Shown here: positions 62,591 to 64,000 of the stretch, piece after piece
Layout of the letters: the number at the start of each line of letters is the position of its first letter
Position numbering within the stretch: position 1 is the first letter of the stretch
Assembly (NCBI GenBank): GCA_002437405.1
Contig: DJPO01000006.1
Span: 6,207 to 70,206, forward strand
From: Opitutia bacterium UBA6410
GTDB taxonomy: Bacteria; Verrucomicrobiota; Verrucomicrobiia; Opitutales; Intestinicryptomonadaceae
Length of the DNA stretch: 64,000 nucleotides
Direction of reading: 5' to 3'
Made by a program: the position numbers and the translations under genes
The notes under the pieces: model-generated
Databases searched by the model: none
Seen by the model: the letters and a program-made list of their open reading frames with translations, nothing else
Told to the model about the DNA's origin: nothing

Positions 62591-63589
62591 TTAGCGCGAG
62601 CTGATTTCGTCGTAGAATTCCACGATTTTCCCCTTGCGCTCGGATTCGTTGAATTCCATTGCGCTCTTGGGGTGGCGGTTGAGGAAACCTGTTGTCATGT
62701 ACGGGTAGTCGAAGCCCCAGCCGAGCTTTTCGCGCATGGGCTCGATGTATTTTTCGATGCACTGCAGGAGCGGACGCATTCTGTACTTGGGGTTGTGCAG
62801 GAAACCGATGAGCATTTCCAAGTGGCAGTTGCCGGCTCCGCGCCCGAGCCCCGCGAGCGTTCCGTCAATCATATTCGCGCCCGCGATAATCGCCTCGATT
62901 GTATTTGCGAAAGCCAGTTGCAGGTTGTTGTGGGCGTGAATGCCGATTTCCTTGCCGAATTCGTGAGCAACGCGCATGTACTTTGCCATCATGTAGCGTA
63001 TCTGCTCGCTGTAAAGCGACCCGAAGCTGTCCACGAGGTATATTGCCTCGACATCGCTTTTGCCGAGCATTTCCAAGCCTTCGTCAAGCTCGCTTTCGCG
63101 CACGGTCGAGACCGCCATAATGTTTACGGTCGTTTCGTAACCCTTGTCCTTGGCGTCCTTAATCATATCGATTGCCAGCGGAATCTGGTGGATATATGTC
63201 GCGATTCTGACGAGGTCGATGGGGCTTTTCTCCTTGGGGAGAATGTCGTTTTTGTAGTCGCTCTTTTCGGCGTCCGCCATGACGGAGATTTTGATGTCGC
63301 GCTTGTTGTCGCCGATGATTCTGTTGATGTCGTCTTCCCTGCAGAAACGCCATGCGCCGTATTTTTCGGGCGAAAAGATTTTGTCGCTGTTTTTGTAGCC
63401 AAGCTCGATGTAGTCGATACCCGCGTCTGCGCAGGCGTCGTAGACGGCGCGGACTTCTTCGTCGGAGAACTTGCTTGAGTTCATCAACCCGCCGTCTCTA
63501 ATCGTGCAGTCGAGCACCTTTAATTCTTTCCTGAAACCAATCCATCTTCCCGAGGAGGTCGAGGAGCCGTTCATTGTTTTTTGATTCAT
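62591..63589 (-). CDS. HMGL-like (DRE-TIM metallolyase) aldolase / pyruvate carboxyltransferase-domain protein
   Basis: Segments VLDCTIRDGG, DYIELGY, VDSFGSLY and GIHAHNNLQLAFANT. 332 aa. Confidence 0.75.
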   Translation of the reverse strand: MNQKTMNGSSTSSGRWIGFRKELKVLDCTIRDGGLMNSSKFSDEEVRAVYDACADAGIDYIELGYKNSDKIFSPEKYGAWRFCREDDINRIIGDNKRDIKISVMADAEKSDYKNDILPKEKSPIDLVRIATYIHQIPLAIDMIKDAKDKGYETTVNIMAVSTVRESELDEGLEMLGKSDVEAIYLVDSFGSLYSEQIRYMMAKYMRVAHEFGKEIGIHAHNNLQLAFANTIEAIIAGANMIDGTLAGLGRGAGNCHLEMLIGFLHNPKYRMRPLLQCIEKYIEPMREKLGWGFDYPYMTTGFLNRHPKSAMEFNESERKGKIVEFYDEISSR

Positions 63590-63621
63590 TGTGTTTTCCT
63601 TTGTAATGAAATTTTGGGTAT

Positions 63622-63656
63622 AAAAAAAACCGGACGCTTTTGCGTTCGGTTTTTTT
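63622..63656 (-). terminator. Terminator/attenuator hairpin in the leader of the aldolase-like gene
   Basis: CCGGACGC (63630-63637), TTTT loop, GCGTTCGG (63642-63649). An A-run and a T-run flank it. It lies about 35 nt upstream of ATG 63589. Confidence 0.5.
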
Positions 63657-63868
63657 GCAAATGGGCAATAGGCAGCCGCCGAACGCTATTTATTTACGCC
63701 GGTATAGTAAAAGTAGTAAAACTTTACGCTGACTGATTTCATTTGCTATTGTTGCGAATTAGAGCGGAATTTTTTCCGTTTTCAAGAAAATTTTTTATTT
63801 TTTTTCAATCCCCGCTTCCCGCCGCGTTTACGCGCCAAATCGGAGGGCGGGGATTGGCGGAAGACTCC

Positions 63869-64000
63869 TACGAATTCTTTTTGACGAAGTTGTAGAAGTC
63901 GGCGAAGAGTCCGTCGGCGTCGTTCGGGCCAGGGGCGGCTTCGGGGTGGTATTGAACCGAGAATACGGGGTAGTCCTTGTGGCGCAGACCTTCGACTGTA
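63869..64000 (-). CDS. carA: Carbamoyl-phosphate synthase small (glutaminase) subunit, C-terminal fragment
   Basis: My minus-strand translation is ...[40 protein letters not shown]. The FSVQ(Y/F)HPEA.PGP.D segment is the CarA signature. Confidence 0.8.

Overview
This is a 64-kb window from a moderately GC-rich bacterial chromosome. I cannot assign the taxon by eye. The lar/Ni-ECF genes, Fe-S aldo/keto reductase, polyferredoxin and flavodoxin-type genes suggest an anaerobe. There are three blocks. (1) 1-4533 holds a host operon, pyrB-pyrC-CPBP protease-thiL, with overlapping start/stop codons and a hairpin terminator. (2) 4534-36288 is a Mu-type transposable prophage of about 31.8 kb, inserted between the thiL terminator and a convergent host gene. 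Its termini are TGT...ACA, and a repeated 11-nt motif (GGTTTGAGGAA) sits at the same offset from both ends. The early arm is on the minus strand: Ner-like HTH, HTH, DUF3102-like, MuA-like transposase, MuB-like ATPase, Gam, GemA-like, C5-methyltransferase. The repressor and late arm are on the plus strand: membrane/lysis-like genes, terminase, DUF935 portal, Mu I-like protease/scaffold, capsid, MuF-like, siphovirus-type tail with tape measure. (3) 36289-64000 holds host genes: a secreted repeat protein, DEAD-box helicase, sanA, dapF, recN, ftsK, a glycosidase-esterase lipoprotein, a GntR regulator, ilvC, modF-like, a flavoprotein, a NapH-like polyferredoxin, a Tat-exported AKR/Fe-S/DUF1893 fusion, nadD-larC-larE-larB, a CbiMN/Q/O-type Ni transporter, an HMGL-like aldolase and the 3' end of carA. 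I saw no rRNA, tRNA or CRISPR array. The best leads are these: an AT-rich single-gene cassette inside the prophage (own promoter, orphan ParA-like ATPase, own terminator), a candidate new prophage-encoded exclusion/defence function; two orphan DNA methyltransferases; a MuF-like protein with an extra C-terminal domain; a reverse-oriented small gene in an AT-rich gap of the tail operon; a lysis region with no recognisable endolysin; a nadD-lar cofactor cluster with no larA; and a Tat-exported Fe-S aldo/keto reductase paired with a membrane polyferredoxin. All functional calls rest on motif recognition by eye. No database search was possible.
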